From contig JAZORN010000060.1 in the NCBI GenBank assembly GCA_045656645.1, positions 1 to 62,166 of the forward strand: 62,166 bases of DNA, read 5' to 3'. This document shows, piece by piece, positions 1 to 9,210 of the stretch (positions are counted from its first letter, which is position 1; the number at the start of each line of letters is the position of its first letter). The notes below the pieces were generated by a model. It had not been told where the DNA came from, did not search any database, and saw only the letters and a list, made by a program, of their open reading frames with translations. The position numbers and the translations under genes were made by a program. The stretch is from Clostridia bacterium (lineage in GTDB: Bacteria; Bacillota; Clostridia; UMGS1883).

Positions 1-200
1 ACGTCAGTATTATTCTTGAATTTTCTTTGTCTTATAACAAAATTTCTTGTTTTTAAACTCTTCGACCTTAAACGCAGGAAAATTTGATATAATTTTTATG
101 CGGAGGACGAAGATAGGCTGACGCCTTTCAAGGACGACAAATAAAAAGAATAAAAATTTAACAAGTTTAAGGCATATTGGGATGGGCTCCCTTATGCCTA
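1..200 (-). mobile_element. 277-bp Y-shaped element, subfamily A, truncated by window edge
   Basis: Reverse complement of 49969-50168; ends CATATTGGGATGGGCTCCCTTATGCCTA. Confidence 0.85.
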
Positions 201-234
201 CTATGTGCTCATTTATTTGAAAGGAATGATATAT

Positions 235-1233
235 ATGAAAAAGCTCAATGTTGCTGTTGTCGGCGCAACAGGTATGGTAGGAAGAACTTTCCTCAAAGTA
301 TTGGAGGAGGAAAATCTCCCCGTAGAAAATTATTATTTGTTTGCATCTGCACGCAGTGCCGGCTCCACAGTTAAATTTATGGGTAAGGATTACGTTATTG
401 AAGAGCTTAACGAAAACTCTTTTGACAGAGGAATTGATATAGCACTTTTCAGTGCAGGCGGTTCAATCAGTGAGAAGTTTGCTCCTATTGCAGCTTCCAA
501 GGGTTGTGTTGTTATTGATAACTCCAGCGCATGGCGTATGAATAAGGAGGTTCCGCTTGTTGTTCCCGAGGTTAATCCCGAGGATATTAAGTGGAATAAG
601 GGTATTATTGCAAACCCCAACTGTTCAACAATTCAGGCAATGGTTGCACTTAAGCCCCTTGACGAGAAGTATAAGATTAAGAGAGTAGTTTACTCTACAT
701 ACCAGGCAGTATCAGGTGCAGGTATGGCAGGCTGGAACGACCTTGAAAACGGTCTTAAGGGAGAAGCTCCCAAAAAGTTCCCTCATCCTATTGCCAACAA
801 CTGTCTTCCCCATATCGATGTATTTCTTCCCAACGGCTACACCAAGGAAGAGATGAAGATGATTGAGGAAACACGTAAAATCTTAGGCAGACAGGATATT
901 AAAATAACTGCAACCACTGTAAGAGTTCCCGTTTTCAACAGCCACAGTGAGTCAATCAATCTTGAGTTTGAAAACGCTTTTGACCTTGCAGAGCTTGTAG
1001 AAGTGCTTAAGAATGCGCCCGGTATTGTTGTTCAGGATGACCCTGCAAATAACGTTTATCCCCTTGCAACAAATGCAACAGGCACAAACGAAACATATGT
1101 AGGAAGAATTCGCCGTGACGAAAGTGTTGAAAACGGTGTAAATCTTTGGGTTGTTGCAGATAACATCCGTAAGGGTGCGGCAGCAAATGCAGTTCAGATT
1201 GCAAAGAAGCTTATTGAATATATGAATGACTGA
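235..1233 (+). CDS. asd: aspartate-semialdehyde dehydrogenase
   Basis: GATGMVG, NPNCST, DNIRKGAA motifs; GAAAGGA RBS before ATG 235. Confidence 0.97.
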   Translation: MKKLNVAVVGATGMVGRTFLKVLEEENLPVENYYLFASARSAGSTVKFMGKDYVIEELNENSFDRGIDIALFSAGGSISEKFAPIAASKGCVVIDNSSAWRMNKEVPLVVPEVNPEDIKWNKGIIANPNCSTIQAMVALKPLDEKYKIKRVVYSTYQAVSGAGMAGWNDLENGLKGEAPKKFPHPIANNCLPHIDVFLPNGYTKEEMKMIEETRKILGRQDIKITATTVRVPVFNSHSESINLEFENAFDLAELVEVLKNAPGIVVQDDPANNVYPLATNATGTNETYVGRIRRDESVENGVNLWVVADNIRKGAAANAVQIAKKLIEYMND

Positions 1234-1248
1234 TTGGGAGGTATAAAA

Positions 1249-2139
1249 GTGAGAACAAAATCAATTTTCACCGGCTCCTGCTGTGCGATAATCACACCAT
1301 TTGACAAAAACGGTAATCCTAACTTTGATGCGCTTGCAAAAATTATAGAGCAGCAGATAGAAGGCGGTACTGACGCTATCTGTGCCTGCGGAACAACGGG
1401 CGAGGCCTCTACAATGGATGACAAAGAGCATCTTGGTGTTATTGAATACATTGTAAAAAAGGTTGACGGCAGAATCCCCGTTATTGCGGGAACAGGCTCT
1501 AACGATACACGTCACGGTATTGCACTTTGTAAAGATGCTCAATCACTTGGCGTTGACGGTCTTCTGATTGTTACACCTTATTACAACAAAACTTCTCAGC
1601 GTGGTCTTATCCACCACTATGAAACACTTGCAGACAGTGTCGATAAGCCTATTATTCTCTACAATGTTCCGGGAAGAACGGGTGTTAATATTGCACCCGC
1701 TACCTTAAAGGCGCTTGCTGACCACCCCAACATTGCAGGTATTAAAGAGGCTTCGGGAAATATGGCGCAGGTTGTTGAAATGGTTTCTCTGTGCGGCGAT
1801 AAAATTGATTTTTATTCAGGCTGCGACGAAATCAATGTTCCGATTGCATCTGTCGGCGGAAAGGGTGCTATTTCAGTTCTTGCAAATGTTGCCCCCAGAC
1901 AGACACATGATATGATGCAGTTTGCACTTGACGGTAATTTTAAGGAAGCGGCACGCCTTCAGACAGAGGCACTTGACCTAATCAATGCCCTTTTCTGTGA
2001 GGTTAATCCCATCCCCGTTAAAGAGGCTATGAATATTCTCGGCTTTAATGCAGGTCCTACAAGACTTCCTCTTTACAAAATGGCAGACGAAAACATTGAA
2101 CGTCTTAGAAATTCAATGAAAAATTACGGTATAATATAA
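1249..2139 (+). CDS. dapA: 4-hydroxy-tetrahydrodipicolinate synthase
   Basis: GTTGE, YNVPGRTG, IKEAS motifs; GTG start after GGGAGG. Confidence 0.97.
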   Translation: MRTKSIFTGSCCAIITPFDKNGNPNFDALAKIIEQQIEGGTDAICACGTTGEASTMDDKEHLGVIEYIVKKVDGRIPVIAGTGSNDTRHGIALCKDAQSLGVDGLLIVTPYYNKTSQRGLIHHYETLADSVDKPIILYNVPGRTGVNIAPATLKALADHPNIAGIKEASGNMAQVVEMVSLCGDKIDFYSGCDEINVPIASVGGKGAISVLANVAPRQTHDMMQFALDGNFKEAARLQTEALDLINALFCEVNPIPVKEAMNILGFNAGPTRLPLYKMADENIERLRNSMKNYGII

Positions 2140-2142
2140 TAA

Positions 2143-2284
2143 GGATGACAAAGTCATCCTTTCGAAAAAGAAATTTTGCAATGCAAAACATTCTTTTTCG
2201 AGGTAAGGGCTTACGCTCGCACGGCACTCACCGTGCCAGCCCTTTATAGGAGTCAAAAACGAGGTGCACGCCCCCGTTTTTGAC
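2143..2284 (+). repeat. four-hairpin structured intercistronic repeat (family B), copy 1
   Basis: Aligns to 60128-60268 with compensatory stem changes. Confidence 0.85.
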
Positions 2285-2405
2285 GGATTATATGTTAAGG
2301 GAGCGCCCTTAACAATCCCCTTTAAGACGCAAATTCCTATGAGAAAAAACATATCTGAAACCGTGCCTTTCGGCACGGTTTCAGATATTAAAAGGATGGT
2401 TTCTT

Positions 2406-3164
2406 ATGATAAATATAATTTTAGTAGGCGCAAACGGAAAAATGGGACAGGTAATCTCCCGTATAACAGAAGAAAATTCAAACGCAAATATTGTCTGCGG
2501 CATCGACATAAATACAGAAAAGAAAAATTCTTTTCCCGTATATTCTTCCTTTGATGATGTAAAAGAGCAGTGCGATGTTATTATCGATTTTTCACATCCA
2601 TCCTCTCTTTCATCTACGCTCCAGTATGCAATAAATAATAAAAAGGCAATCGTTATTGCTACAACGGGGCTCTCTGACGAACAAATTCTTTCTATTAAGG
2701 CAGCATCTCAGACTATCCCCGTTTTCTTCAGCGCAAATATGTCTTTGGGTGTAAATCTTATTATACAGCTTGCAAAGAAGGCAACCGCTCTTTTAGAGGA
2801 TAATTTTGATATTGAAATTATCGAAAAGCATCATAACCTTAAAATTGATGCACCGAGCGGAACGGCACTTGCTATCGCTGACGCCATCAATGAAACGAGT
2901 GCACACTCAAACGAGTATGTATATGACCGCCATAGTATGCGCAAAAAGCGCAGCAAGCGTGAAATCGGTATTCACAGTGTTCGCGGAGGTACAATCGTGG
3001 GCGAACACGATGTAATTTTTGCAGGCAATGATGAAATCATCGAAATCAAGCATACTGCAACAAGTAAGGAAATTTTTGCAGTCGGCGCAGTTAAGGCGGC
3101 GCACTTCCTTGCAAATAAGGCGCCCGGTTTTTATAATATGGACGACCTTATTTCAGCTATTTAA
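2406..3164 (+). CDS. dapB: 4-hydroxy-tetrahydrodipicolinate reductase
   Basis: GANGKMG, EKHHNLKIDAPSGTA motifs. Confidence 0.97.
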   Translation: MINIILVGANGKMGQVISRITEENSNANIVCGIDINTEKKNSFPVYSSFDDVKEQCDVIIDFSHPSSLSSTLQYAINNKKAIVIATTGLSDEQILSIKAASQTIPVFFSANMSLGVNLIIQLAKKATALLEDNFDIEIIEKHHNLKIDAPSGTALAIADAINETSAHSNEYVYDRHSMRKKRSKREIGIHSVRGGTIVGEHDVIFAGNDEIIEIKHTATSKEIFAVGAVKAAHFLANKAPGFYNMDDLISAI

Positions 3165-3175
3165 AGGAGTTTTTT

Positions 3176-3847
3176 ATGAAAAGAACATCTCTTAGGGACA
3201 GAATACTTCCCTCCTATACTAAAGGGGAGGAAATTTTCAATATGGTCACTCACATAGTGGGTAGTGCTTCGGGCGTTTGTTACCTTGTGCTTTGCGTTAT
3301 AATGGCGGCAATCCACAAAAATGTATACGGAGTGGTTTCCTCCGCAATCTACGGTGCATCTGTGATACTTCTTTTTACAATGTCGAGTATTTATCACGGA
3401 CTTCGCCCCAGTATGGCAAAAAAGGTACTGCAGGTAATTGACCACTGCACAATCTATGTTATGATTGCAGGTACTTACACACCTATTACCCTTTCGGCAA
3501 TGAGGCCCCTTGCCCCCGCTCAGGCGTGGACACTTTTTGGAATTGTCTGGGGCGTTACCCTTGTAGCAATGGTTTTCACTGCAATTGACCATAATAAATT
3601 TAAAAAGCTTTCTATGATTTGTTATGTTGGACTTGGATGGTTTGTTATTGGTTTCTGGAATACTACCTATGCCGCAATAGGTATGGGCGGTGCAGTTTTC
3701 CTTGCCCTTGGCGGTGTGCTTTATACAATCGGTGCAGTGCTTTACGGCATCGGTAAAAAGAAACGCTACATTCATTCGCTATTTCATATATTTGTAAATG
3801 TAGCAAGTCTGATGCATTTCTTCTGCATATTATTCTACGCAGTGTAA
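3176..3847 (+). CDS. hemolysin III / PAQR family membrane protein
   Basis: EEIFNMVTH, SSIYH, DHCTIY..IAGTYTP, HSLFH motifs; multiple TM segments. Confidence 0.9.
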   Translation: MKRTSLRDRILPSYTKGEEIFNMVTHIVGSASGVCYLVLCVIMAAIHKNVYGVVSSAIYGASVILLFTMSSIYHGLRPSMAKKVLQVIDHCTIYVMIAGTYTPITLSAMRPLAPAQAWTLFGIVWGVTLVAMVFTAIDHNKFKKLSMICYVGLGWFVIGFWNTTYAAIGMGGAVFLALGGVLYTIGAVLYGIGKKKRYIHSLFHIFVNVASLMHFFCILFYAV

Positions 3848-3883
3848 AGATGACAATGCCAACCTTTCGAAAGAGAATTGAAT

Positions 3884-3919
3884 AAAAAAATATCTCTCCT
3901 GATGGAGAGATATTTTTTT
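3884..3919. terminator. bidirectional intrinsic terminator
   Basis: AAAAAAATATCTCTCC-TGAT-GGAGAGATATTTTTTT between convergent genes. Confidence 0.85.
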
Positions 3920-4148
3920 ATTCAATTATATCAACGATAACCTTTTTACCGTCTCTGCCGGAAGCGGCACGCATAACAGTTCTGATTGCCTTGGCAATTC
4001 TTCCCTGTCTGCCGATAACCTTTCCCATATCTGCGGGATTAACTCTCAGCTCAAGAAGGTCTGAATCTTCACGTTCAATTAAGGTAACATTGACCTCCTC
4101 AGGAAATTGGACAAGAGGTTTAACAATTGTCTCTAAAAGTTCCTTCAT
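3918..4148 (-). CDS. khpA: KH-domain RNA-binding protein
   Basis: DMGKVIGRQGRIAKAIR; follows rpsP. Confidence 0.95.
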   Translation of the reverse strand: MKELLETIVKPLVQFPEEVNVTLIEREDSDLLELRVNPADMGKVIGRQGRIAKAIRTVMRAASGRDGKKVIVDIIE

Positions 4149-4170
4149 GTACTATCAACCTTTCTTGATT

Positions 4171-4416
4171 TTAGTCGATTATACCGTTTTTCTTGAGCAG
4201 GCTCTTTACAGTGTCTGTAGGCTGAGCACCGTTAGCAATCCACTGCTTTACCTTCTCACCGTCAACTGTGAATACAGAAGGCTCTGTAAGAGGATTGTAT
4301 GTTCCGATTTCCTCGATAAATCTACCGTCACGGGGATAACGGGAATCTGCTACAACTACACGATAATAAGGAGCTTTCTTAGCACCCATTCTTCTAAGTC
4401 TGATTTTTACTGCCAT
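4171..4416 (-). CDS. rpsP: 30S ribosomal protein S16
   Basis: [19 protein letters not shown]; GGAGGTG RBS. Confidence 0.98.
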   Translation of the reverse strand: MAVKIRLRRMGAKKAPYYRVVVADSRYPRDGRFIEEIGTYNPLTEPSVFTVDGEKVKQWIANGAQPTDTVKSLLKKNGIID

Positions 4417-4475
4417 TTCTTTCACCTCCGTAGAATAATTATTACTTTATATAATAACTTTCGTTATTAACTGAA

Positions 4476-5798
4476 TTAAAAAGGGAAACGCATCTTTTTA
4501 AGCTTTTTCGGGTCAGAAAACATTTTCATCATTTTCTGCATTTGTTCGAACTGCTTCAAAAACAAATTTACATCCTGAACGCCAAGACCGCATCCGTTTG
4601 CAATTCTTTTTCTGCGGCTGCCGTTTATGATTTCGGGATTTTCACGTTCCTTTTTCGTCATAGAACAGATTATTGCCTCTGTCCTCGTAAACTGCTTGTC
4701 ATCAAGCTTAACCCCTTTAAGCTTTGACCCCATTCCGGGAATCATACCTATTATACTTTCGAGCGAGCCCATATTTTTCATCTGATGAAGCTGCTCAAGA
4801 TAATCATTAAGGTCAAATTTCTGCGCACGGATTTTCTTTTCAAGCTCAATGGCTTTCTTTTCATCAAAAGCCTCCTGCGCTTTATCAATGAGTGAAAGCA
4901 TATCACCCATACCAAGTATTCTTGATGCCATACGGTCAGGATAAAACGGCTCAAGGTCAGTAAGCTTTTCGCCCATACCGACAAACTTTATATTCTTACC
5001 CGTTGTTGCCCTTACGCTGAGTGCCGCACCGCCTCGTGTATCTCCGTCAAGCTTTGTAAGAATTATTCCGTCTATTCCAAGCTGCTCGTCAAAGCTTGCT
5101 GCAACATTTACCGCATCCTGACCCGTCATAGAGTCAACTACCAGAAGTATTTCTGTAGGATGCACACTCGCCTTTATTTGTCTCAGTTCGTCCATCAGCG
5201 CCTCATCCACGTGAAGACGGCCTGCCGTATCTATAATAACTGTATCGTAAAGAGATGTGTCGCACCCCTTTAGCGCATCAAGTGCAATTTTTACTGCGTC
5301 CTTCGTTTCAAAATCAGCATAAACCGAAAGACCAAGCTGCTCACCCACTACCGAAAGCTGCTTAATCGCCGCAGGACGGTAAACGTCACAACCAACAAGA
5401 AGAGGCCTTTTCCCCTGCTTTTTAAGCACTCCGCCAAGCTTTGCGGCAGTTGTTGTCTTACCTGCACCCTGAAGACCAACAAGCATATAAACCGTCGGTG
5501 CCTTAGAGGAAACTGCAAGCTTTGAATTTGCACCGCCCATAAGCCAGGTAAGCTCATCACGTACTATTTTTATTATCTGTTGACCGGGGGTAAGGCTCTC
5601 AAGAACCTCACTGCCCGTTGCTTTTTCAAAAACACGCTTCTCAAACTCTTTAACAACCTTATATCCTACGTCTGCTTCGAGCAAGGCAAAGCGGACTTCA
5701 CGCATTGCAGCTTTTATATCCTTTTCACTTACAACGCCCTGCCCTTTAAGCTTTTTAAAAGTTTCCTGAAGCTTTTCACCTAAAGTTTCAAAAGCCAT
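4476..5798 (-). CDS. ffh: signal recognition particle protein
   Basis: GLQGAGKTT, DTAGR, TKLDGD, Met-rich M domain. Confidence 0.98.
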   Translation of the reverse strand: MAFETLGEKLQETFKKLKGQGVVSEKDIKAAMREVRFALLEADVGYKVVKEFEKRVFEKATGSEVLESLTPGQQIIKIVRDELTWLMGGANSKLAVSSKAPTVYMLVGLQGAGKTTTAAKLGGVLKKQGKRPLLVGCDVYRPAAIKQLSVVGEQLGLSVYADFETKDAVKIALDALKGCDTSLYDTVIIDTAGRLHVDEALMDELRQIKASVHPTEILLVVDSMTGQDAVNVAASFDEQLGIDGIILTKLDGDTRGGAALSVRATTGKNIKFVGMGEKLTDLEPFYPDRMASRILGMGDMLSLIDKAQEAFDEKKAIELEKKIRAQKFDLNDYLEQLHQMKNMGSLESIIGMIPGMGSKLKGVKLDDKQFTRTEAIICSMTKKERENPEIINGSRRKRIANGCGLGVQDVNLFLKQFEQMQKMMKMFSDPKKLKKMRFPF

Positions 5799-6157
5799 TA
5801 CTCTGCTCCGTTCTCAATAATCTTTACTCTATCAATTATTTCACTGCACAGCTTTTCAATATCCTTGCTCTGCGATAATCTTTTGTTAACAGCCTTTATT
5901 TCCTTTGCACATTCGCCGATTCTTGATACACCGTGGAAAAGGCCCACAAGGTGAAGCTTTCCCTCCATCTCGTCAATAATCGCCTCGCCCCTTTTTATAA
6001 AGTCACGAACGCCCTGACGTGATATATCCATCAGCTCTGATATTTCACCGAGTGAATAGTCGCTGTCATAATAATATTCCATTGCCTCTGCCTGTTTATC
6101 GGTAAGAAGACCCTTGTATATGTCAAGAAGCTCTGTATAAATAAGATTTTTTTCCAT
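5798..6157 (-). CDS. ylxM: YlxM-family HTH DNA-binding protein
   Basis: LLTDKQ..DYSLGEI..SRQGV; directly upstream of ffh. Confidence 0.92.
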   Translation of the reverse strand: MEKNLIYTELLDIYKGLLTDKQAEAMEYYYDSDYSLGEISELMDISRQGVRDFIKRGEAIIDEMEGKLHLVGLFHGVSRIGECAKEIKAVNKRLSQSKDIEKLCSEIIDRVKIIENGAE

Positions 6158-6201
6158 AATATATGCCTGCGGCTTCACCCCTTTTTGAATATCTTTCACT
6201 C

Positions 6202-6262
6202 GTTGTAAAGCCAATTAACTTTACAACTTCTTTAGTATACACGTATTTTTCCTCTATGTCAA
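6202..6262 (-). promoter_or_regulatory. sigma-A promoter of ylxM-ffh with an operator-like palindrome
   Basis: TTGACA-17-TATACT (6262-6234); GTTGTAAAG-N8-CTTTACAAC at 6202-6227. Confidence 0.75.
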
Positions 6263-6305
6263 TAGTTTTTATTTAATTTTTCTGTAAAATTTCTGCAAAA
6301 AATAC

Positions 6306-6493
6306 TTGCTTTTACCATTTGTTTGTGGTATCATAGTATGGCACAAAAATACGCACATTGCCTGAGTGACGCCCGGTGCTTCCTTAATATATAGGAAGAT
6401 TGGCGTACACGCTGACGGCGGTGGAGGTGCTGCCGCATCGCTTATGACATGGGCGCGGTGGTAAAAAAACTAAATAAACGGAGGTGTTTTAAC
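6306..6493 (+). promoter_or_regulatory. rpsB promoter and structured S2 leader
   Basis: TTGCTT-17-TATCAT with TGn; long GC-rich 5' UTR containing CCGGTGC and GGAGG. Confidence 0.6.
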
Positions 6494-7222
6494 ATGTCAG
6501 TTATTGCTATGAAGCAGCTTTTGGAGGCAGGTGTTCACTTCGGTCACCAGACAAGAAGATGGAACCCCAAAATGGCGGAGTATATCTTTACAGAACGTAA
6601 CGGTATCTACATCATCGACCTTCAGAAGACAGTAAAGAAGATTGAGGAAGCTTATGATTTCATCCGCTCTGTTGCGGCAGACGGTGGCGAAATCCTCTTT
6701 GTAGGTACAAAGAAGCAGGCTCAGGAAACAATCAAGGAAGAGGCTCAGCGTGTTGGTATGCACTACGTTGATGCAAGATGGCTCGGCGGTATGCTCACAA
6801 ACTTCAAGACAATCAAGAAGAGAATTGAGCGTCTCTCTCAGCTTCACAAGATGGAAGAGGACGGAACATTTGACCTTCTTCCCAAGAAGGAAGTTATCGG
6901 TCTTCGTGGCGAGATGGATAAGCTTGAAAAGTATCTTGGCGGTATCAAGGATATGAAGAAGGCTCCTGCAGCTATTTTCATCGTTGACCCCAGAAAAGAA
7001 AGAATTGCTATTTCTGAAGCTAAGAAGCTCAATATCCCGATCGTTGCTATCGTTGATACAAACTGCGATCCCGAAGATGTTGATTACGTTATCCCCGGCA
7101 ACGACGATGCTATCCGTGCGGTTAAGCTCGTTGTTTCTACAATTGCTAACGCAGTTATCGAGGGACGTGAGGGCACTACTGATGCTCCCGCAGAGGAAGA
7201 AATCGATATTACACTCGAGTAA
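6494..7222 (+). CDS. rpsB: 30S ribosomal protein S2
   Basis: [22 protein letters not shown]. Confidence 0.99.
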   Translation: MSVIAMKQLLEAGVHFGHQTRRWNPKMAEYIFTERNGIYIIDLQKTVKKIEEAYDFIRSVAADGGEILFVGTKKQAQETIKEEAQRVGMHYVDARWLGGMLTNFKTIKKRIERLSQLHKMEEDGTFDLLPKKEVIGLRGEMDKLEKYLGGIKDMKKAPAAIFIVDPRKERIAISEAKKLNIPIVAIVDTNCDPEDVDYVIPGNDDAIRAVKLVVSTIANAVIEGREGTTDAPAEEEIDITLE

Positions 7223-7248
7223 TTTATTACGGAAGGAATGTTATTAAT

Positions 7249-8145
7249 ATGAATTTCACAGCTCAGGACGTTAAAGAATTAAGAGAAAAGACAGGCTGCG
7301 GTATGATGGACTGTAAAAAGGCTCTTTCTGAAACAAACGGCGATATGGACAAGGCTATTGACTTTCTCCGTGAAAAGGGACTTGCTACAGCAGCTAAGAA
7401 ATCAGGCAGAATCGCATCAGAAGGTATTGTTAAGGCTTACCTTTCAGATGATAAGAAGATTGGTGTTCTTGTAGAAGTTAACTCTGAAACAGACTTCGTT
7501 GCTAAGAACGATGAGTTCCAGGCATTCGTTGAAAAGGTTGCTAAAATCGTTGCTGACAAGGCTCCTGCAGATGTTGATGAGCTTAAGGCTCTTCCCTATG
7601 AAGGTGCTGACACTGTTGGCGATGCTCTTACAGCTCTTATTGCAAAAATCGGCGAGAATATGAACCTTCGCAGATTTGCAAGAGTTGAGGGTAATGTTTG
7701 CTCCTACACACACGGTGGCGGCAGAATCGGTATCCTCGTTGAGGCTGAGGGAAGCCTTGCAGACGAGGAAGCTTACGAGGCAGCAAGAGATGCAGCAATG
7801 CAGATAGCAGCTATCAATCCTCTCTATCTTTCACAGGAAGTTGTTCCTGCTGAAGACCTTGAGAAGGAAAAGAACATCATCATCGCTCAGATCAAGGAAG
7901 ACCCCAAGAATGCAAGCAAGCCTGACGCAATCATTGAGAAGATGGTTGGCGGTAAGATTAATAAGTTCTACGAGCAGAACTGCCTTCTTCAGCAGGAGTT
8001 CGTTAAGGACGATTCATTCAAGGTTGGTGCTTATCTTGAGTCAAAGGGCGTTAAGCTTATAAACTTCGTTCGTTTTGAAAAGGGCGAAGGACTTGAGAAG
8101 AAGGAAGAAAACTTTGCAGATGAAGTTGCTTCAATGATTAAATAA
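7249..8145 (+). CDS. tsf: elongation factor Ts
   Basis: [27 protein letters not shown]. Confidence 0.99.
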   Translation: MNFTAQDVKELREKTGCGMMDCKKALSETNGDMDKAIDFLREKGLATAAKKSGRIASEGIVKAYLSDDKKIGVLVEVNSETDFVAKNDEFQAFVEKVAKIVADKAPADVDELKALPYEGADTVGDALTALIAKIGENMNLRRFARVEGNVCSYTHGGGRIGILVEAEGSLADEEAYEAARDAAMQIAAINPLYLSQEVVPAEDLEKEKNIIIAQIKEDPKNASKPDAIIEKMVGGKINKFYEQNCLLQQEFVKDDSFKVGAYLESKGVKLINFVRFEKGEGLEKKEENFADEVASMIK

Positions 8146-8157
8146 AAAGCTTAATAC

Positions 8158-8192
8158 AAAAACCGCTTAACCATCAGGGTTAAGCGGTTTTT
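8158..8192 (+). terminator. intrinsic terminator after tsf
   Basis: AAAAACCGCTTAACC-ATCAG-GGTTAAGCGGTTTTT. Confidence 0.85.
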
Positions 8193-8278
8193 AATTGGCT
8201 CTATAATATCTATTGGGGTAACCAATCAATAGAGCTTTACAAAAAACAATAAATATTTAAAAAAATAGTAGAGCATAT

Positions 8279-8314
8279 TGAATAATGAATAGTGAATAAT
8301 GAAAAATGAATAAT
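8279..8314 (+). repeat. heptamer tandem repeat (TGAATAA)x5
   Basis: TGAATAA TGAATAG TGAATAA TGAAAAA TGAATAA. Confidence 0.8.
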
Positions 8315-8642
8315 ACAAAACAAAAAATCCTATCTTTCGAAAGGATTTTTGTTTTGGTGATTCGAACTACTTAAACTCTGCAACCTCGGTTTAATAAGCA
8401 ACTATGGTGGAAACGACACCTTGTAGCACCACAGTTTGCGCGTGGCGGATAAACCGCCATCTGCAAACTTTGGCTACTGCGTTTCTTAGCAGTGCTCTTT
8501 ATCTTCCACCGGAAGCGAGCTCTGCTAAGACTACCAACTTCGCCCGCTCAGTCGGCAAAGCACATAAACTTAAACAGCAGTCAAGGTACCAAAAAGATTC
8601 ACCAAAACGAAAAAGACACCCTTACGGATGTCTTTTTCGTTT

Positions 8643-8718
8643 TGGTGAGCCATCGGAGATTCGAACCCCGGACAACTTGATTAAAAGTCAAGTGCTCTGC
8701 CGACTGAGCTAATGGCCC
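8643..8718 (-). tRNA. tRNA-Lys(TTT)
   Basis: Cloverleaf, anticodon loop CTTTTAA, encoded CCA. Confidence 0.97.
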
Positions 8719-8723
8719 GTATG

Positions 8724-8800
8724 TGGCTGGGCTGGCAGGACTTGAACCTGCGCGTACCAGAGTCAAAGTCTGGTGCCTTTACCGACTTGGCTACAGCCCA
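8724..8800 (-). tRNA. tRNA-Gln(TTG)
   Basis: Cloverleaf, loop CTTTGAC, CCA. Confidence 0.97.
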
Positions 8801-8835
8801 ACATTATAATGCTGAGTGCAACTCAGGTTGGAAAG

Positions 8836-8913
8836 TGGGGTGGATAGAGGGACTCGAACCCTCGGCCTCTAGAGCCACAATCTAGCGCTCTAACCAACTG
8901 AGCTATACCCACC
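8836..8913 (-). tRNA. tRNA-His(GTG)
   Basis: Cloverleaf, loop TTGTGGC, G-1/C73, CCA. Confidence 0.97.
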
Positions 8914-8919
8914 ATATTT

Positions 8920-8996
<77 letters not shown>

Positions 8997-9024
8997 ATAT
9001 TTTGCCGTATAATAGGCAAAAAAG

Positions 9025-9098
9025 TGGAGCGGGTGATGGGAATCGAACCCACCTATCCAGCTTGGAAGGCTGGTGTTCTACCAATGAACTACACCCGC
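9025..9098 (-). tRNA. tRNA-Gly(TCC)
   Basis: Cloverleaf, loop CTTCCAA, CCA. Confidence 0.97.
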
Positions 9099-9113
9099 AC
9101 TTGCGACTTTAAA

Positions 9114-9142
9114 ATTATAGCAAATATATTCTCTTTTGTCAA
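9114..9142 (-). promoter_or_regulatory. sigma-A promoter of the tRNA operon
   Basis: TTGACA-17-TATAAT with extended -10 TG. Confidence 0.9.
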
Positions 9143-9210
9143 TATCTTTTTCGCAAATTTTTGTTTTTTTACGAAAATTTACTATTTTCTTTTAAAGTCT
9201 ATTATTTCCG

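Noticed and set aside
1-200. Lysine riboswitch upstream of asd-dapA-dapB
   Set aside because: The sequence is a copy of the subfamily A repeat and has no L-box motifs; a riboswitch could lie outside the window.
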